A stretch of 63,494 bases of DNA, filler included, from Dugesia japonica (Eukaryota), in NCBI GenBank assembly GCA_001938525.1. It is 6 parts of 6 records of this genome, joined end to end, with 100 filler letters (N's around TTAATTAATTAA, not from the genome) between each part and the next. Parts side by side here need not be neighbours in the genome. Positions count along the whole stretch, not along the records: positions 54,707 to 63,494 come from MQRL01539636.1; 5 more parts are not named here. One strand, written 5' to 3'. Position 1 is the first letter of the stretch, and every line of letters begins with the position of its first letter. The position numbers were made by a program, and so were the translations under genes. Of this stretch, positions 62,546 to 63,494 are shown piece by piece. The notes beneath the pieces were generated by a model. The model saw nothing but the letters and a program-made list of their open reading frames with translations, did no database searches and had not been told where the DNA came from.

Positions 62546-63494
62546 CGTTAATATTATCATAACTATCAAATTCTAGAATTTGGTCCAAAGTTTTATTAAT
62601 ATTTATATTGTTAAATTTTAATTCAGCATACATATTAACATAATACGGATTATATTACAGTTCTTCAAAATCAATTTATAATTTTGTTTTTTAACATAAA
62701 TTTACAGCAATTATCAAACATACCAGATATATTCAGATTATCAACAGTATCAATTTAATAATTAACTAGCCCATATTTTAATTCAAGATTGTAGCTCTAG
62801 CATTTAAAATTCGATTATCACCTATTTCTTGTTTTTCATCGCAAAGACTTTCAATATCTGAATCCAAATTTATAGTATTCTTTTTCTTTGGTCTCTCTTG
62901 TTGATTCCTAAAACGTTTCTCATTAATTATATATCCTCTATTTTGAAACCAGCAGTTATTTTGACAAAATCTTTTGCATAAATTTCAATATAGCTTTGGA
63001 TAGCATTTCTAAATATGTTCCTCATTAGAACCAGCATAATTTGTTGAGAATTTTGACTTGGTTATCAATCTTAGAATTACTAGTGAGAAATTTTTGATCT
63101 TTCAAATCTTCGATCTTTCTAAAATATCCAAAAATCATTGTTTGTTTTTTCAGTATTGAGTCTTACTCGATTTGCATTATTATTTGGTGAGCTTAGTTTG
63201 AATTGAAAAACATTCTATTCAAAACCATTATTTTTTTTAATGATTTCTAAATTGAATTATATTTGAATAAATGCCAAAGCTTTTTCACTTTCTAAATCTT
63301 TGTAAATATTGCGAATGTTTCGACCACACAAAGCCCCGCGCTGCTCTCATTTTTAAATAAAATGTTATTAATAAATTATTTTATCTATTGCTTTATAAAT
63401 GTTTTTCTTGGGTAACACTAATATATGTATATAGTGAAACTATAACAACGATTTTTGAATCGACTAATAACAATTGTTTTATTATTATTTTTTG

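Noticed and set aside
62690-63350. Coding-like minus-strand segment, considered as a LINE endonuclease remnant
   Set aside because: Stops in all frames and no motif I could assign with confidence.

Overview
This is very AT-rich eukaryotic (invertebrate-like) draft-genome sequence. The repeat content would fit a flatworm such as a planarian, but that is inference only. The window consists of six pieces joined by five identical 100-nt linkers (44 N + TTAATTAATTAA + 44 N), so adjacency across those linkers is not evidence of linkage. It is mostly decayed mobile DNA: several Ty3/gypsy retrotransposons and solo LTRs, Tc1 and mariner transposase relics, Polinton/Maverick debris (protein-primed PolB x3, integrase, adenain-type protease), a Penelope GIY-YIG fragment with a minimal hammerhead ribozyme, MITEs and minisatellites. 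Host-gene pieces are the first two exons of a divergent nicastrin, a disrupted three-exon flavin-containing monooxygenase and two orphan spliced ORFs. The most unusual signal is at 1-3808: a decayed chuvirus-type envelope glycoprotein lies directly UPSTREAM of a gypsy protease-RT-RNase H, apparently in frame with it, with no gag or LTR between. The second is a family of fold-back repeats whose hairpin loop or arm junction often carries a minimal hammerhead ribozyme core. All homology calls come from my recall of motifs; no database search was run.
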